Source: Candidatus Hydrogenedens sp. (lineage in GTDB: Bacteria; Hydrogenedentota; Hydrogenedentia; Hydrogenedentales; Hydrogenedentaceae). From it: a DNA stretch of 64,000 bases. Location of the stretch: contig JBMFRC010000014.1 in NCBI GenBank assembly GCA_049968235.1, positions 1 to 64,000 of the forward strand, in the 5' to 3' direction. Below, piece after piece: positions 11,956 to 22,265 of the stretch. The notes under the pieces were generated by a model, which was given only the letters and a program-made list of their open reading frames with translations, did not search any database and was not told the DNA's origin. The stretch's first letter is position 1; every line of letters starts with the position of its first letter. The position numbers were made by a program, and so were the translations under genes.

Positions 11956-12834
11956 TTAGGATTCAAAAAAGAAGAACCCCCATAGTCGTATTCGTTGAAG
12001 AAGTGAAATCTGGGCTCCTTTTAAATTGGCTCCTTCAATATTAGAATCCGACAGATTTACTCCGATAAGATTGGCTTTTTCAAGGTTAGCCCCTGTGAGG
12101 TCTGTTTTTTGTAAACGTGCATGATTATAACTTGCTTCACTGGAATGTACATGTTTAAGTATTGCTGCACTCAAATTAGCACCAGATAAATCGGCTTCTA
12201 TAAGTAATGCTTCATGAAGATTTGCCGCCGATAAATTAGCTCCGACCAGTTTTGCTTTTCGAAAATCTGCATACATTAAACAGGCTTGTTTAAGATTGGA
12301 ATAGGTGAGGTCAGCACCGGAAAACTTTGCGGAACTGGCATTAACTTCTCGCAAATCAGCCCCTTTAAGTCTTCCAGCACTGAAATCCGCATCCTTCAAA
12401 TTAGCACCTCTTAAAACGGCATCATAGAGTTTACATCGAAACAAAACACAATTCATTAAATCTGCATGAATGAGTCGTGCCTTTTTCATATTGCAATCCG
12501 TTAGATTGGCATGACGAAGAATTGTTTTTGAAAGATTTGCATCGGAAAGATTGGCATCCGTTAGGTCTGTAGAAATAAGATTGGCTCCTTCCAAATCAGC
12601 ACCTTCCAAATTTGCCCGTATTAATCTTGCCCCCATCAAACAAGCCCCTTTCAGATTTGCAAACCTTAAATCCGCCCCCATCATTTCTGCCTTTGTTAAA
12701 TCCAATCCCTCAAGATTAAAATGAGGTAATGTTACTCCCGCAAGGTCAAGATTCTTATGCGGATTTAATGCACGCCAACGGGCAATAGCCTCTTGTCCTT
12801 GTTTTACTATTTCTACATGAGAAACATTTGCCAT
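11956..12834 (-). CDS. Pentapeptide-repeat protein
   Basis: Almost the whole protein is tandem A(D/N)LxxA(N/D)L pentapeptide repeats (…ADLSGANLSAANLHEALLIEADLSGANLSAAIL…). Confidence 0.85.
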   Translation of the reverse strand: MANVSHVEIVKQGQEAIARWRALNPHKNLDLAGVTLPHFNLEGLDLTKAEMMGADLRFANLKGACLMGARLIRANLEGADLEGANLISTDLTDANLSDANLSKTILRHANLTDCNMKKARLIHADLMNCVLFRCKLYDAVLRGANLKDADFSAGRLKGADLREVNASSAKFSGADLTYSNLKQACLMYADFRKAKLVGANLSAANLHEALLIEADLSGANLSAAILKHVHSSEASYNHARLQKTDLTGANLEKANLIGVNLSDSNIEGANLKGAQISLLQRIRLWGFFFFES

Positions 12835-13124
12835 AATATTTATTCTTATAAATATATCACCAATTTTCCAATCTAATTATACAAATACCTGTAATAAAAA
12901 TCAATATTATTAAAATAAATTTATTTCATAATTAATAATATTGATAATTGTTTGCTGTAGTTCGATTTCCTTTTTCTTATGATGAAAATTTTATCTATAT
13001 TATGTATATGTTATATAAATAAAGAATACAAAACTTATTTTTACAAACTATAAAATGGAAGCGTTAATTGGTATTTCGTTAAAATATTAAACATATTATA
13101 AAGAACGAACAAAGGAGTTTTATT

Positions 13125-13955
13125 ATGGGCGAAGCAATAGTAAACTGGCAGGAAGCAAAAAAATATACAGAAATTTTCTATCACAAAGCAGAAGGAATAT
13201 CGAAAATTACCATCAATCGTCCTCATCGTCGGAATGCCTTTACTCCGATTACCTTAGATGAAATTAGTGATGCTCTTGCAGATGCGAGATTTGACCCTGC
13301 AGTAGGAGTGATTATTCTTACCGGAGAAGGAGAAAAAGCGTTTTGTTCCGGAGGTGACCAGAAGTTCCGCGGAGAAGCCGGGTATATAGACCCACGCACA
13401 GGACATCATCGTTTAAATGTGCTGGATTTATATCGTCAAATACGAACCTGTCCAAAACCTGTTATAGCAATGGTTGCAGGATATGCTATTGGTGGTGGAA
13501 ATATTTTAGCAATGGTATGTGATTTGACCATTGCTGGAGATAATGCCATATTTGGACAAACAGGGCCCAAAGTCGGTTCCTTTGATGCAGGTTATGGTTC
13601 TGCCCATTTAGCGAGAATTGTGGGGCAGAAAAAAGCACGGGAGATATGGTTTCTATGCAAGCAATACAATGCTCAAGAAGCATTACAGATGGGATTGGTA
13701 AACACAGTTGTGCCTCTGGAAGAGTTAGAAGCCACTACGGTAGCATGGTGTCGCCAAATATTAAAGATGTCTCCAATTGCTCTTCGCTGTATCAAATCTG
13801 CAATGAATGCAGATGAAGATGGACAGGCAGGGCTAACTGAATTAGCAGGCAACGCTACCATGCTTTTTTACATGACCGAAGAGGGACAGGAAGGGCGTAA
13901 TGCCTTTCTTGAAAAAAGAGAGCCTGATTTTTCAAAGTTTCCACGAAAACCATGA
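13125..13955 (+). CDS. menB: 1,4-dihydroxy-2-naphthoyl-CoA synthase
   Basis: Crotonase-fold MenB signature across the full length (…[24 protein letters not shown]…[21 protein letters not shown]…), with the C-terminus …FSKFPRKP as in characterised MenB. It ends on TGA. Confidence 0.92.
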   Translation: MGEAIVNWQEAKKYTEIFYHKAEGISKITINRPHRRNAFTPITLDEISDALADARFDPAVGVIILTGEGEKAFCSGGDQKFRGEAGYIDPRTGHHRLNVLDLYRQIRTCPKPVIAMVAGYAIGGGNILAMVCDLTIAGDNAIFGQTGPKVGSFDAGYGSAHLARIVGQKKAREIWFLCKQYNAQEALQMGLVNTVVPLEELEATTVAWCRQILKMSPIALRCIKSAMNADEDGQAGLTELAGNATMLFYMTEEGQEGRNAFLEKREPDFSKFPRKP

Positions 13956-13988
13956 GATTAAACTTTTTATTTGATTTGTATAATCATT

Positions 13989-14882
13989 ATGCCAGTAGAG
14001 AAACCTTCAATTCTAAAAATTTTATTCTTAACTGCACGTCCCAAAACATTAGGAGCAAGTATTGCCCCTGTTATAATGGGAACTGCCATTGCAGTAAGAG
14101 ATGGAAATTTGCACATGATTTCTGCCATGTGTGCTTTGTTAGGTGCGGTACTAATTCAAATATTGTCCAATTATGCTAATGACTATTTTGATTTTTTAAA
14201 AGGTGCTGACCGTGAAAATCGTATAGGTCCGTTGCGTGCAACCAGTTCAGGTTGGCTTACACCCAGACAAATGCAATTAGCATTAGTTGTTCTCGTGCTT
14301 GCATCTTTACTCCCCGGAGGGTATTTGATTTATAGAGGGGGGGTGCCTATTGTAATTATTGGTGTAGTTTCACTAATACTTGCTTTTGCTTATACCGCAG
14401 GACCCATACCTCTTGCTTATCTAGGGTTGGGTGATTTATTTGTCTTTATATTTTTTGGTCCTGTCGCAGTGATGGGAACAGAATATGTCCAATCTTTTCA
14501 AATCTCATCACACGGGCTTTTAGCAGGAATTTCCGCAGGATGTTTCTCTGTAGCCATTCTTACAGTAAACAATTATCGCGATGTTGAGAATGATGCTGTT
14601 GTCGGTAAACGAACGCTCGCAGTCCGTTTCGGTAAAGAGTTTGCAATAGTTGAATATATAACAATGCTTTTTGCGAGTGTTGTACTCATTCCTCTTATTC
14701 TGGCGTTTAGTAAAGGTGGACAGAAAGACATTCTGTTATTAATCGTTCTAATAATTCCTTCTATACTTCTAATAAGGTCGATGGTTCAACTTAAAGGCGG
14801 TGAGTTAAATTTATTATTAGCCAATACAGCAAAATTACTGTTAGTATATAGCTTCCTTTTTTCTATATCGTGGATTATTTAA
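13989..14882 (+). CDS. menA: 1,4-dihydroxy-2-naphthoate polyprenyltransferase (UbiA family)
   Basis: UbiA-family polytopic membrane protein (…ARPKTLGASIAPVIMG…NDYFDFLKGADRENRIGP…) downstream of menB. The ORF opens with TTG at 13971; ATG at 13989 is the preferred start. Confidence 0.85.
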   Translation: MPVEKPSILKILFLTARPKTLGASIAPVIMGTAIAVRDGNLHMISAMCALLGAVLIQILSNYANDYFDFLKGADRENRIGPLRATSSGWLTPRQMQLALVVLVLASLLPGGYLIYRGGVPIVIIGVVSLILAFAYTAGPIPLAYLGLGDLFVFIFFGPVAVMGTEYVQSFQISSHGLLAGISAGCFSVAILTVNNYRDVENDAVVGKRTLAVRFGKEFAIVEYITMLFASVVLIPLILAFSKGGQKDILLLIVLIIPSILLIRSMVQLKGGELNLLLANTAKLLLVYSFLFSISWII

Positions 14883-15925
14883 TGAGAAAACCTGTTTCTA
14901 TTCAAAAATTATCTATTTATCGTTATGAAATCCCACTAAAGATAAAGGTTTTTATTCGAGGCATTTCATTTTCTTGCAAACGAGGACTGCTCGCAAAGTT
15001 TGAGGATACGGAAGGCAATGAATCTTGGGGAGAAATCTCTCTCTTACCACCAACAGAAGAAAAAATAAAGACCTGTATAGAATGGGTAGAAAAAAATTAC
15101 CATTATCTTTTAGGTGAAATTGACTTTTCTTCTCTGGATACATACCCGGAGATAAAATTCGCCATTATTAGTGCTCTTGATTACTTTAATTACGATACAT
15201 CTGATTTTACAGATATTCCTGTGAAAGTAAATGCACTTCTTGCAGGTGAATTCTATACTATTCTCGAAGAAGCGGAGAGAAAAAGAAGCCAGGGTTATTC
15301 AGTTTTTAAAATAAAAATGGGGGAATATTCTTTAACAACCGCAGTTGATTTGATATCCCGGATACAAACAATTCTTGGAAATGAAATACAAATTGTTTTA
15401 GACTTAAACCGGCAATGGGCATTACATAAAACATTAGACCTTATAGAACAGATTGCAGATACAAGGATATTGTATATCGAAGACCCAGTTAGGAAATTAG
15501 AAGAATTGCCAAACTACTTCAATTTATCACCTATTAAAGCAGGAATTGATGAATTCCTTGAAGGATGGAATATTAAATTAGAAGAGATGTGCAAAAATTA
15601 TTCGGAGAAAATAATCTTTGTAATGAAACCTTCTATACTTTATGGAACGGAAGTATGGCAAAAACTATGGACCAACAAATCTATTATGAAAGTTTTTACA
15701 TCTGCATGGGAGACAGGTATCGGTTTGCGAGGAATACTAAATTTAATCTTCAAAAACAGAACGAATGTGGAATTTGTTGGTCTGGACACTTATTCCTACC
15801 TTAAAAATGACATAGTGAAACCTTTCCTACCAATCTTATTCCCTCAAATAAGCCCGCATATACTCAAAAAACCGTTTTCAATCATTGAAGAACAATTAGA
15901 AAAAATCCATTCATGGGAAGTATAA
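14882..15925 (+). CDS. menC: o-Succinylbenzoate synthase (enolase superfamily)
   Basis: OSBS-like N-terminus (…IYRYEIPLK…GEISLLP…) and the KxK motif region (FKIKMGE). Start overlaps the menA stop (TAATG); an alternative in-frame ATG lies at 14870. Confidence 0.8.
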   Translation: MRKPVSIQKLSIYRYEIPLKIKVFIRGISFSCKRGLLAKFEDTEGNESWGEISLLPPTEEKIKTCIEWVEKNYHYLLGEIDFSSLDTYPEIKFAIISALDYFNYDTSDFTDIPVKVNALLAGEFYTILEEAERKRSQGYSVFKIKMGEYSLTTAVDLISRIQTILGNEIQIVLDLNRQWALHKTLDLIEQIADTRILYIEDPVRKLEELPNYFNLSPIKAGIDEFLEGWNIKLEEMCKNYSEKIIFVMKPSILYGTEVWQKLWTNKSIMKVFTSAWETGIGLRGILNLIFKNRTNVEFVGLDTYSYLKNDIVKPFLPILFPQISPHILKKPFSIIEEQLEKIHSWEV

Positions 15926-16031
15926 AATTACTAAGGGTACTGTTTTTACAGAAAGATAAATACAATACAGGATAGTAGCAGAGGCACTCTTACCTGGAAT
16001 TTTTGATTACATCTCTGTAAAGAAGTATGTA

Positions 16032-16820
16032 CTACCGCATTTCCTGTCCACCGGTGACATTAATTGCCTGTCCGGTCATATAACTGGATTCATCACTGGC
16101 TAAAAATACGACCACATTGCATACATCTTCATATCGGCAGGGTCGTTTCATAGGAACCTGGTCAATATACTTCTTCCGCACTTCTTCCTCAGTAATCCCC
16201 TGGTTTTTTGCATATTGTTTGAAAAGGCTTTCCGTCCATAATGGAGAGTCCAATAAATTTCCGGGACAAATCGCATTGACACGAATCCCATACTCGGCGA
16301 ATTCCAGAGCCAGACTTTGTGTTACTCCAATCCCTCCAAATTTAGCTGCTGCGTAAGCGGAATTTTTGAAACTCCCTTTCTTACCGGATTTAGAGTTAAT
16401 TTGTATCACGGTCCCATATCTATGGGGTAACATAACACGTATACCTTCACGAGCACAAATAAAATATCCGACCAGGTCAATATCAATAACCTTCCGCCAT
16501 GCGGAAATATCAAAATTAATGGAATCCCCGGATATGAGAATTCCTGCATTACATACCATGAGGTCAAGACCACCGAGGAGTTCAACTGCTTTATCTACTG
16601 CATTTTTAACCATTTCGGCATCAGTAATATCTACCTTCTCAGCGAAGATTTTGCGACCTGTTTGTTCTGCTATCCGTTTTGCAGTTTCCGACATTTTTTC
16701 AATGTTTATATCCCAGCCTACTGCGTCCGCACCTTCCTGTGCGAGTCGTTGCAATATGGCTTCACCCAAACCTTGAGCCGAACCTGTTACAATTGCTTTT
16801 CTACCTTTTAATCGTTCCAT
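16032..16820 (-). CDS. SDR-family short-chain dehydrogenase/reductase
   Basis: TGSAQGLG Rossmann motif and catalytic YAAAK…; start set at MERLKGRK…, which has a GGAGAGG RBS. It overlaps the upstream MDR gene by 13 nt. Confidence 0.85.
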   Translation of the reverse strand: MERLKGRKAIVTGSAQGLGEAILQRLAQEGADAVGWDINIEKMSETAKRIAEQTGRKIFAEKVDITDAEMVKNAVDKAVELLGGLDLMVCNAGILISGDSINFDISAWRKVIDIDLVGYFICAREGIRVMLPHRYGTVIQINSKSGKKGSFKNSAYAAAKFGGIGVTQSLALEFAEYGIRVNAICPGNLLDSPLWTESLFKQYAKNQGITEEEVRKKYIDQVPMKRPCRYEDVCNVVVFLASDESSYMTGQAINVTGGQEMR

Positions 16821-18439
16821 GGCAAATACCTCTCCAATAATTTTTCTTCTGCTTGTTCTGTCCATGTTCCATCTTTTGAAAGATATTCACCCACTTCGGG
16901 TAGTATTTCCGGTATCTTTTCCAGTGGTATCAATGGCAAATCAGGTATTTGTGGATAAATGACAACTTTACCGGGAAACCGGGCTTCTTTAACCGCTTTC
17001 AGCCCCTCATGAGCAGAGAAAAGCCCTCCAATTGCAGCAACACTTCGATTTGTATCCCGAGAACCATTTTCTACGGATTGTAATACATGGTTTAAATCCG
17101 AAATTCTACTTCCACTACAACCAATAATTTTTACGCCCTCGCAAATCTTTTTTATTGAAACATTCGCAATAGTCCCTATTCCCAATCCGGCAAAAAGATT
17201 TACAAAACCGCAAGGTGCAGAAAAATCAACCGCTTGTGTTACCAGGGCAGGTACCGGTGCCAATAAAACGACATCTGTATAACCCTCCGGAGCAAATGAT
17301 TCGAGATGCTTATTTAAGGCAGATGTGTCTGGAAAATCTTTAGTACAAACTGTAATCAATTCAACATTTCTTTTCTTTAATAATTCTGCCGACCGTTCTC
17401 GTAAATGTTCTAATCTTCCTTTATCTAAATCAGTAACTACTACCTTTTGGGGTCCATCTATTTTCTCTAAGGCTCGTTGGACATGCATCTGTCCCATCGG
17501 TCCACCGGCGCCAATAAACAAAGCAGTTCCATCGGGTAGTAGGTCTGACCGCATATTCTTTTCTTTTATTTCTTTTACAGTTATTCCTCCCCCAATAATT
17601 CGTTTATATTCATAATGAATAGACCCAACATCTACAGAAATATGTGTATGAGGCATTTCATCTGCGGAACCTAACACATAGATTGTTCCATGTGGGGCTA
17701 AATATTTAAACCACGCCTCAATCTCTTTTCCATTAGATACCTGCATGATAATATCTCTGGATGTTTGTCCTTCTCCAGGGAATTGATTTGGAGCAAACAT
17801 TTTAGCATGTGGAAAATCTTTTAATATCTGAGGGTCAGGATTTGTTGTAATATACCAGGGACTATCCGTATCAGGATAAATATGGTCTTCCAATCGATAG
17901 GACATTTCCACACATGCCCATGGTTCTGCTAATGCGGAGGCACTGTATCCAGTAGTAGATTTAACAGGTAATAAATAGCAACCATCATCCCCTGCTAAGG
18001 CTTTTTCATCTAAATAAGTATATTGTTGCATACCACCGGGAATAAGATACCCAAAGGCATATCCCACACCCTTATAATATATATCTGCCTGAACAATAAA
18101 ACGGTCCCCCTTCTTAAAAGTTTTAGCCCACTGCGACCCTGCTTTTACAACTGTTACCGCACATTCATGTCCCAATACGATAGGGTCTTCTGCCAAATTT
18201 CTACCCCGAAGACGAGGGTGATTGCCGCCCAGATTGATAATTTTAATATCTGAAAGACATATCCCTAACGCATCAATTCGTAATAAAATTTCATTATCGT
18301 TTGGTTCACGAAGAGGCAATAGAACAGGTTTGCCCTCTTTTCCAATATTTTCCAATCCGGAACCAAATACCTGCCATGCGTAATATTGTTCCGGAATAGG
18401 ATGTTCAACATTTCGGAATTTTAATAACTTATTACTCAT
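16808..18439 (-). CDS. Zinc-dependent (MDR-family) alcohol/polyol dehydrogenase, atypically long (543 aa) with an internal insertion and a C-terminal extension
   Basis: ADH_N catalytic motifs (DALGICLSD; GHECAVTVVKAG) but no structural-zinc Cys4 lobe. The Rossmann GxGxxG (LFIGAGGPMG) is displaced about 130 aa further C-terminal than usual. Start set at MSNKLLKF…, which has a GAGGAG RBS. Confidence 0.7.
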   Translation of the reverse strand: MSNKLLKFRNVEHPIPEQYYAWQVFGSGLENIGKEGKPVLLPLREPNDNEILLRIDALGICLSDIKIINLGGNHPRLRGRNLAEDPIVLGHECAVTVVKAGSQWAKTFKKGDRFIVQADIYYKGVGYAFGYLIPGGMQQYTYLDEKALAGDDGCYLLPVKSTTGYSASALAEPWACVEMSYRLEDHIYPDTDSPWYITTNPDPQILKDFPHAKMFAPNQFPGEGQTSRDIIMQVSNGKEIEAWFKYLAPHGTIYVLGSADEMPHTHISVDVGSIHYEYKRIIGGGITVKEIKEKNMRSDLLPDGTALFIGAGGPMGQMHVQRALEKIDGPQKVVVTDLDKGRLEHLRERSAELLKKRNVELITVCTKDFPDTSALNKHLESFAPEGYTDVVLLAPVPALVTQAVDFSAPCGFVNLFAGLGIGTIANVSIKKICEGVKIIGCSGSRISDLNHVLQSVENGSRDTNRSVAAIGGLFSAHEGLKAVKEARFPGKVVIYPQIPDLPLIPLEKIPEILPEVGEYLSKDGTWTEQAEEKLLERYLPWND

Positions 18440-18461
18440 AGAAAACTCCTCAAAATATTTT

Positions 18462-19220
18462 TCAAAGTAATTTTTGACGATAATGTTCATCCGGTCGTGT
18501 ATCAATTCTGCGAACCGCAGAATCACTTAAAAATTTAGGTCCACCACAAACCGCAGTGCCTATAACAATCTGAGCACATTTCTCAGCCATAAGCGTTATC
18601 GCATGAACTTTACTGGGTGTAGGTCCCATAGCAATAAGTCCATGATTTTCCATAAAGATAGCCTTAGGTAAAAATCCTTCAATTGCTATAAATTCCTTAA
18701 CCTTATCACGAACAACACGCGCTAATGTAAGTCCCGGGTCAACATACGGAATGAACACTGATTTTCTACCCAACACAACAATATGGTCGGGACATGTCCG
18801 TCCTTGAATATATTCCTCCGCTTTTTGGGAACATAAAATAGAGTTAACGAATATAGGATGTGTATGCCCGATGAATATATATTGAGGGTATTGATATAAA
18901 ACTGCATGTAATATTGTTTCTACAGATGGCATTCTTTTGTCATGGCTATCAGTTTTAGCCAACTGTAAAGTTTGTATCACATCTTCATCTGTTGCAGAAG
19001 GATTATCGAGCAAAGACAACACAGGTTCCATACGGACGCAAAGAAAATCCGTATTTTTTATTGTTTGCAATGTCGTGCCTGATGCTTTTATATAAAAATG
19101 TGCATCATCAATCCTTGCTGATGTATTCCCTTCTCCTAATATTGCCAGATGATGTTCTGGTTGTCCTAAAAAATGACTCATACTTGTTAACTGTTCTAAT
19201 ATTTGTTCTGACATTGACAT
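18462..19220 (-). CDS. Class II aldolase/adducin-family protein (fuculose/rhamnulose-1-phosphate aldolase-like)
   Basis: Class II aldolase metal-binding His motifs (…FIGHTHPIFVNS…) and overall pattern. Start set at MSMSEQ…; the longer ORF N-terminus looks like translated leader. Confidence 0.7.
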   Translation of the reverse strand: MSMSEQILEQLTSMSHFLGQPEHHLAILGEGNTSARIDDAHFYIKASGTTLQTIKNTDFLCVRMEPVLSLLDNPSATDEDVIQTLQLAKTDSHDKRMPSVETILHAVLYQYPQYIFIGHTHPIFVNSILCSQKAEEYIQGRTCPDHIVVLGRKSVFIPYVDPGLTLARVVRDKVKEFIAIEGFLPKAIFMENHGLIAMGPTPSKVHAITLMAEKCAQIVIGTAVCGGPKFLSDSAVRRIDTRPDEHYRQKLL

Positions 19221-20110
19221 ATCCTTCAAAGTTTGGCTCGTATTATATCGAATTTTTGCCTTGAATTTGAAATGTGTCCCTTTACCTGCTTTGATAAGAG
19301 GAATATATATGACTGTTAAATAAAACATATATATAATAAAAAGATTATATACAGAAAGGGTAAGTAGGAAAAAATAAAGCGACAAAAGGAATAGGTTAAT
19401 TACCCGGTAAGGAAAAAATTAAAAGAAAAAAGGTAAATGTGCGATATGATGAAAGAGGTAAAGCAGGTGAGACTTTTAGATTATACAGTGTCACAACAAA
19501 CACCGACATGATAAGAAAAATGATTGGGAGTGATGCAAGAGATAACCCTGTGGGAGAAATTGAAATGTAGATGAGTAGGAGGAAATGTATAGGATAAACG
19601 GGGGAGAGCGGAGGTTTCCATCCTTACTATTTTATGTATTGTTAAGAAGTGAGTAATGATTTCTCTGTGTTCTCTGTGGTTAATTATATTTTTTTCACCA
19701 CGAAAGACATGGAGAGGCGTGGAGGATACAGAGGGTTACAGAGAGCATGGAGGTATTTATTTTATGATATGTATTTTTTTATTATTATTCCTTTTGAATT
19801 AAAAAGATTATGCCTTGTTTTTTTTATTTTAAGTTTTATAACAAGCATAATATAAATTCTACTAATATGCGGTATATGTAGATGCTATATATTTATTTGT
19901 AACTTTACACATGTGCATAATTTATAATAATTTAAATAATCTTTAAATTTTATTTGACAAATATTGCTAAAGTATGTTAATTTTGTAAAAGACAATTGAA
20001 TATTTATTAAGATTTATTTTTGATAAGGGCTAATTTGTGTGAGGACAGTATCCTGCACTTATAGTTTGTTATGTTTATTAATCGAAACTTTTTAACAGAA
20101 GGAGTGGCTT

Positions 20111-22180
20111 ATGCAAAGGTTAAAATTGGTAATCGGTTTTCAATTATGTCTGTGGCTCTTTGTAATTGGAGCATGGGCTGATGCGCCCGCAAACTACACA
20201 TGGACTAATGCCCCCGGAGGTGCATTTACTGCGTCAAGCGTGGATTTTGAAGCATGGATGACCAAATTGGCTCAATTCCAGTTTGGTGGTGATGCTGTCT
20301 TTGATTTCTTAGACCCGACGGATGCAGATAATAATGACAATGGTGTGCTGGATGTATATGAGTTTGCTTTATTAACTGCAATTTGCAACGATACTTCACA
20401 TCCGCTACACGACACAATTCATGAGGCTTTCAAAGCAAACTGGACTGCATTTCAATCTCATCAAGGTGCATTAGTTAATTCACTTGCCCCCGCATTGGCG
20501 ATTATAGGTGGTGCGTATGCTACATTAGGCGATGGCGATTATGGCAGGACACCTGCTGCATGGTTCTCAGGCTCCTGGGGCTCGGTAGCGGAAATTCTAT
20601 ATGGATTATCCTCCTACGGTTCTTCATGGGGTGCAGGTCAACCTGCGGAACCACCGTATGTTCGTCGTCAATCATATATGTCTATGTGTGGCGACTTTGA
20701 TAGTGATGGCGTAAAGAACATTAACGAATGGTACGGGCAGAGTGGCAATGTAGAAAACTATGTTTCTGCCGCAATGAACCCATCAGTTACCACAAGTGGA
20801 GAAGACCCGAACGGTGTCTGTGAGACAGGTTTACGCTGGGGCAAAACTTATTTTTATAATCCTGCCAATCAACATGTATATTGGTTACAACCCTATAGTT
20901 TGCCATGGGAAATTGCTGAACAGGTTGCTACGGAACATAGCCTTGTGAACAATTCAAGTGAAACTATAGCCATTCCAGGTCATCTGGTAACTATAGATGA
21001 TTCTGCAGAAAATGCCTGGATTATGAGCACGGTGTATCCACAAATCAATAGTAACATGTGGATAGGTGCCACAGATAAACTTACAGAAGGACAGTGGATT
21101 TGGATTGGAACAGGTGAACAATTCTGGCAGGGTGCTGCCGATGGAACTCCCGTTGGTGGGAAGTATACGAATTGGAATTCAGGAGAACCTAATGATTCCA
21201 GTGGTGAAGATTATGGCGAAATTACCAGTAGTGGCGGTTGGAATGATAATAAAGCCAGTGCTACTCGTAGAGGTTTAGTTGAGTTCCCGAATGCATATCC
21301 CGATAGCAATACCAACGGTATTCCTGATTACTGGGAGCAATTCTCAGGAGGAGGTGGTGGCGAAGGAGAAGGAACCGTTGAAGGGACACCTGAAGGTACA
21401 CCCGAAGGAACACCGGAAGGTGAAGCACCGTGTGAATTTGAAGGAAGGATAAATGACTCAACCTTAGGACAGGGTCCATTATTGGCTCAGACTTTAGAAA
21501 GTAATAGTTCGCAATTAAATGCCTTGCTAACTGCTTTAGATATGTTGAGTTGGTTCAACTGGGATATCGAGTATTTAGAAGAAGTTATTGCCATGATTCG
21601 TCCATATCCCGGAGATGGATTGAAAGATTCATGGAGTATGGCATTGTTAGAATACTGCATCTGCCATCCCAATTTCCGCACCGATTTAAATATCCCGGCA
21701 GATTTTGATTACAACAAGACATTATTCGAGCAAGACTGCACATGGTTAGCCACAAATGTTGACCCAATATTCGCTGTATTACCACCGATGGTAGGTGATG
21801 TAATGGCAGGGCTATTAGGTTCCAGTGTAGAAATGCGAACCACATGGAATGCTATATTCCTTGCATTAACAGGTGGTGCAGTCGGATTGCCGAGTGTAAA
21901 TAACTACCGTATCTATGGAATGGCAAAGGCAAATGATGGTGCTATTGCAGCAAATGGTGACCTCGATGGTGACGGTAAGACGAACCTGCAAGAAGCACAG
22001 GAAGTCATTGCCGTGGGCGGTGGTATGGAATTATTTGTAAAAGCAGCCACAGATAAGACCAACATGTGGCCCGGCAATCCCGAAATTCCTGTCGGTGCAA
22101 TTGCCATTATTGGTGCAATGACAGGTGTAATTGTGGCTGGAAGTTCATTAATCTTAATTCGTCGACGTAAACAACTATAA
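20111..22180 (+). CDS. Secreted C-type-lectin-domain protein with a GTPEG repeat linker, DxDxDG calcium-binding-like motifs and a C-terminal PEP-CTERM-like anchor
   Basis: Signal peptide (…FVIGAWA). CTLD hallmarks (…[23 protein letters not shown]…[31 protein letters not shown]…). [13 protein letters not shown] linker. [15 protein letters not shown] motif. C-terminus …[34 protein letters not shown] (PE-P-like motif, TM helix, basic tail). Confidence 0.7.
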   Translation: MQRLKLVIGFQLCLWLFVIGAWADAPANYTWTNAPGGAFTASSVDFEAWMTKLAQFQFGGDAVFDFLDPTDADNNDNGVLDVYEFALLTAICNDTSHPLHDTIHEAFKANWTAFQSHQGALVNSLAPALAIIGGAYATLGDGDYGRTPAAWFSGSWGSVAEILYGLSSYGSSWGAGQPAEPPYVRRQSYMSMCGDFDSDGVKNINEWYGQSGNVENYVSAAMNPSVTTSGEDPNGVCETGLRWGKTYFYNPANQHVYWLQPYSLPWEIAEQVATEHSLVNNSSETIAIPGHLVTIDDSAENAWIMSTVYPQINSNMWIGATDKLTEGQWIWIGTGEQFWQGAADGTPVGGKYTNWNSGEPNDSSGEDYGEITSSGGWNDNKASATRRGLVEFPNAYPDSNTNGIPDYWEQFSGGGGGEGEGTVEGTPEGTPEGTPEGEAPCEFEGRINDSTLGQGPLLAQTLESNSSQLNALLTALDMLSWFNWDIEYLEEVIAMIRPYPGDGLKDSWSMALLEYCICHPNFRTDLNIPADFDYNKTLFEQDCTWLATNVDPIFAVLPPMVGDVMAGLLGSSVEMRTTWNAIFLALTGGAVGLPSVNNYRIYGMAKANDGAIAANGDLDGDGKTNLQEAQEVIAVGGGMELFVKAATDKTNMWPGNPEIPVGAIAIIGAMTGVIVAGSSLILIRRRKQL

Positions 22181-22194
22181 TAACTTATTATTAT

Positions 22195-22223
22195 GGCACC
22201 CGGTTGCTGTGATACCGGGTGCC
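22195..22223 (+). terminator. GC-rich hairpin between the lectin gene and the pseudopilin gene (weak or absent U-tract; candidate attenuator/terminator)
   Basis: 10-bp perfect stem ggcacccggt/accgggtgcc with a 9-nt loop, followed by aaaatgtggttt. Confidence 0.3.
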
Positions 22224-22265
22224 AAAATGTGGTTTAATTTTAATATTAATGGAGGATATAGGCTT

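Noticed and set aside
13971-14179. Possible alternative genetic code (TGA recoding), suggested by the in-frame TGA at 911
   Set aside because: menB (13125..13955) and other conserved genes terminate on TGA exactly where homologues end, so the standard code applies.
18440-18526. Longer N-terminus of the MDR dehydrogenase overlapping the aldolase gene by 65 nt
   Set aside because: The internal ATG at 18439 has a GAGGAG RBS and removes the overlap.
19649-19855. 68-aa ORF in the long lectin leader
   Set aside because: Low-complexity, F/I-rich translation of AT-rich sequence; no RBS.
22209-22265. Longer N-terminal extension ([19 protein letters not shown]) for pseudopilin 1
   Set aside because: The ATG at 22266 has a GGAGGA RBS and yields the canonical [12 protein letters not shown] prepilin leader; the extension would bury the cleavage motif.
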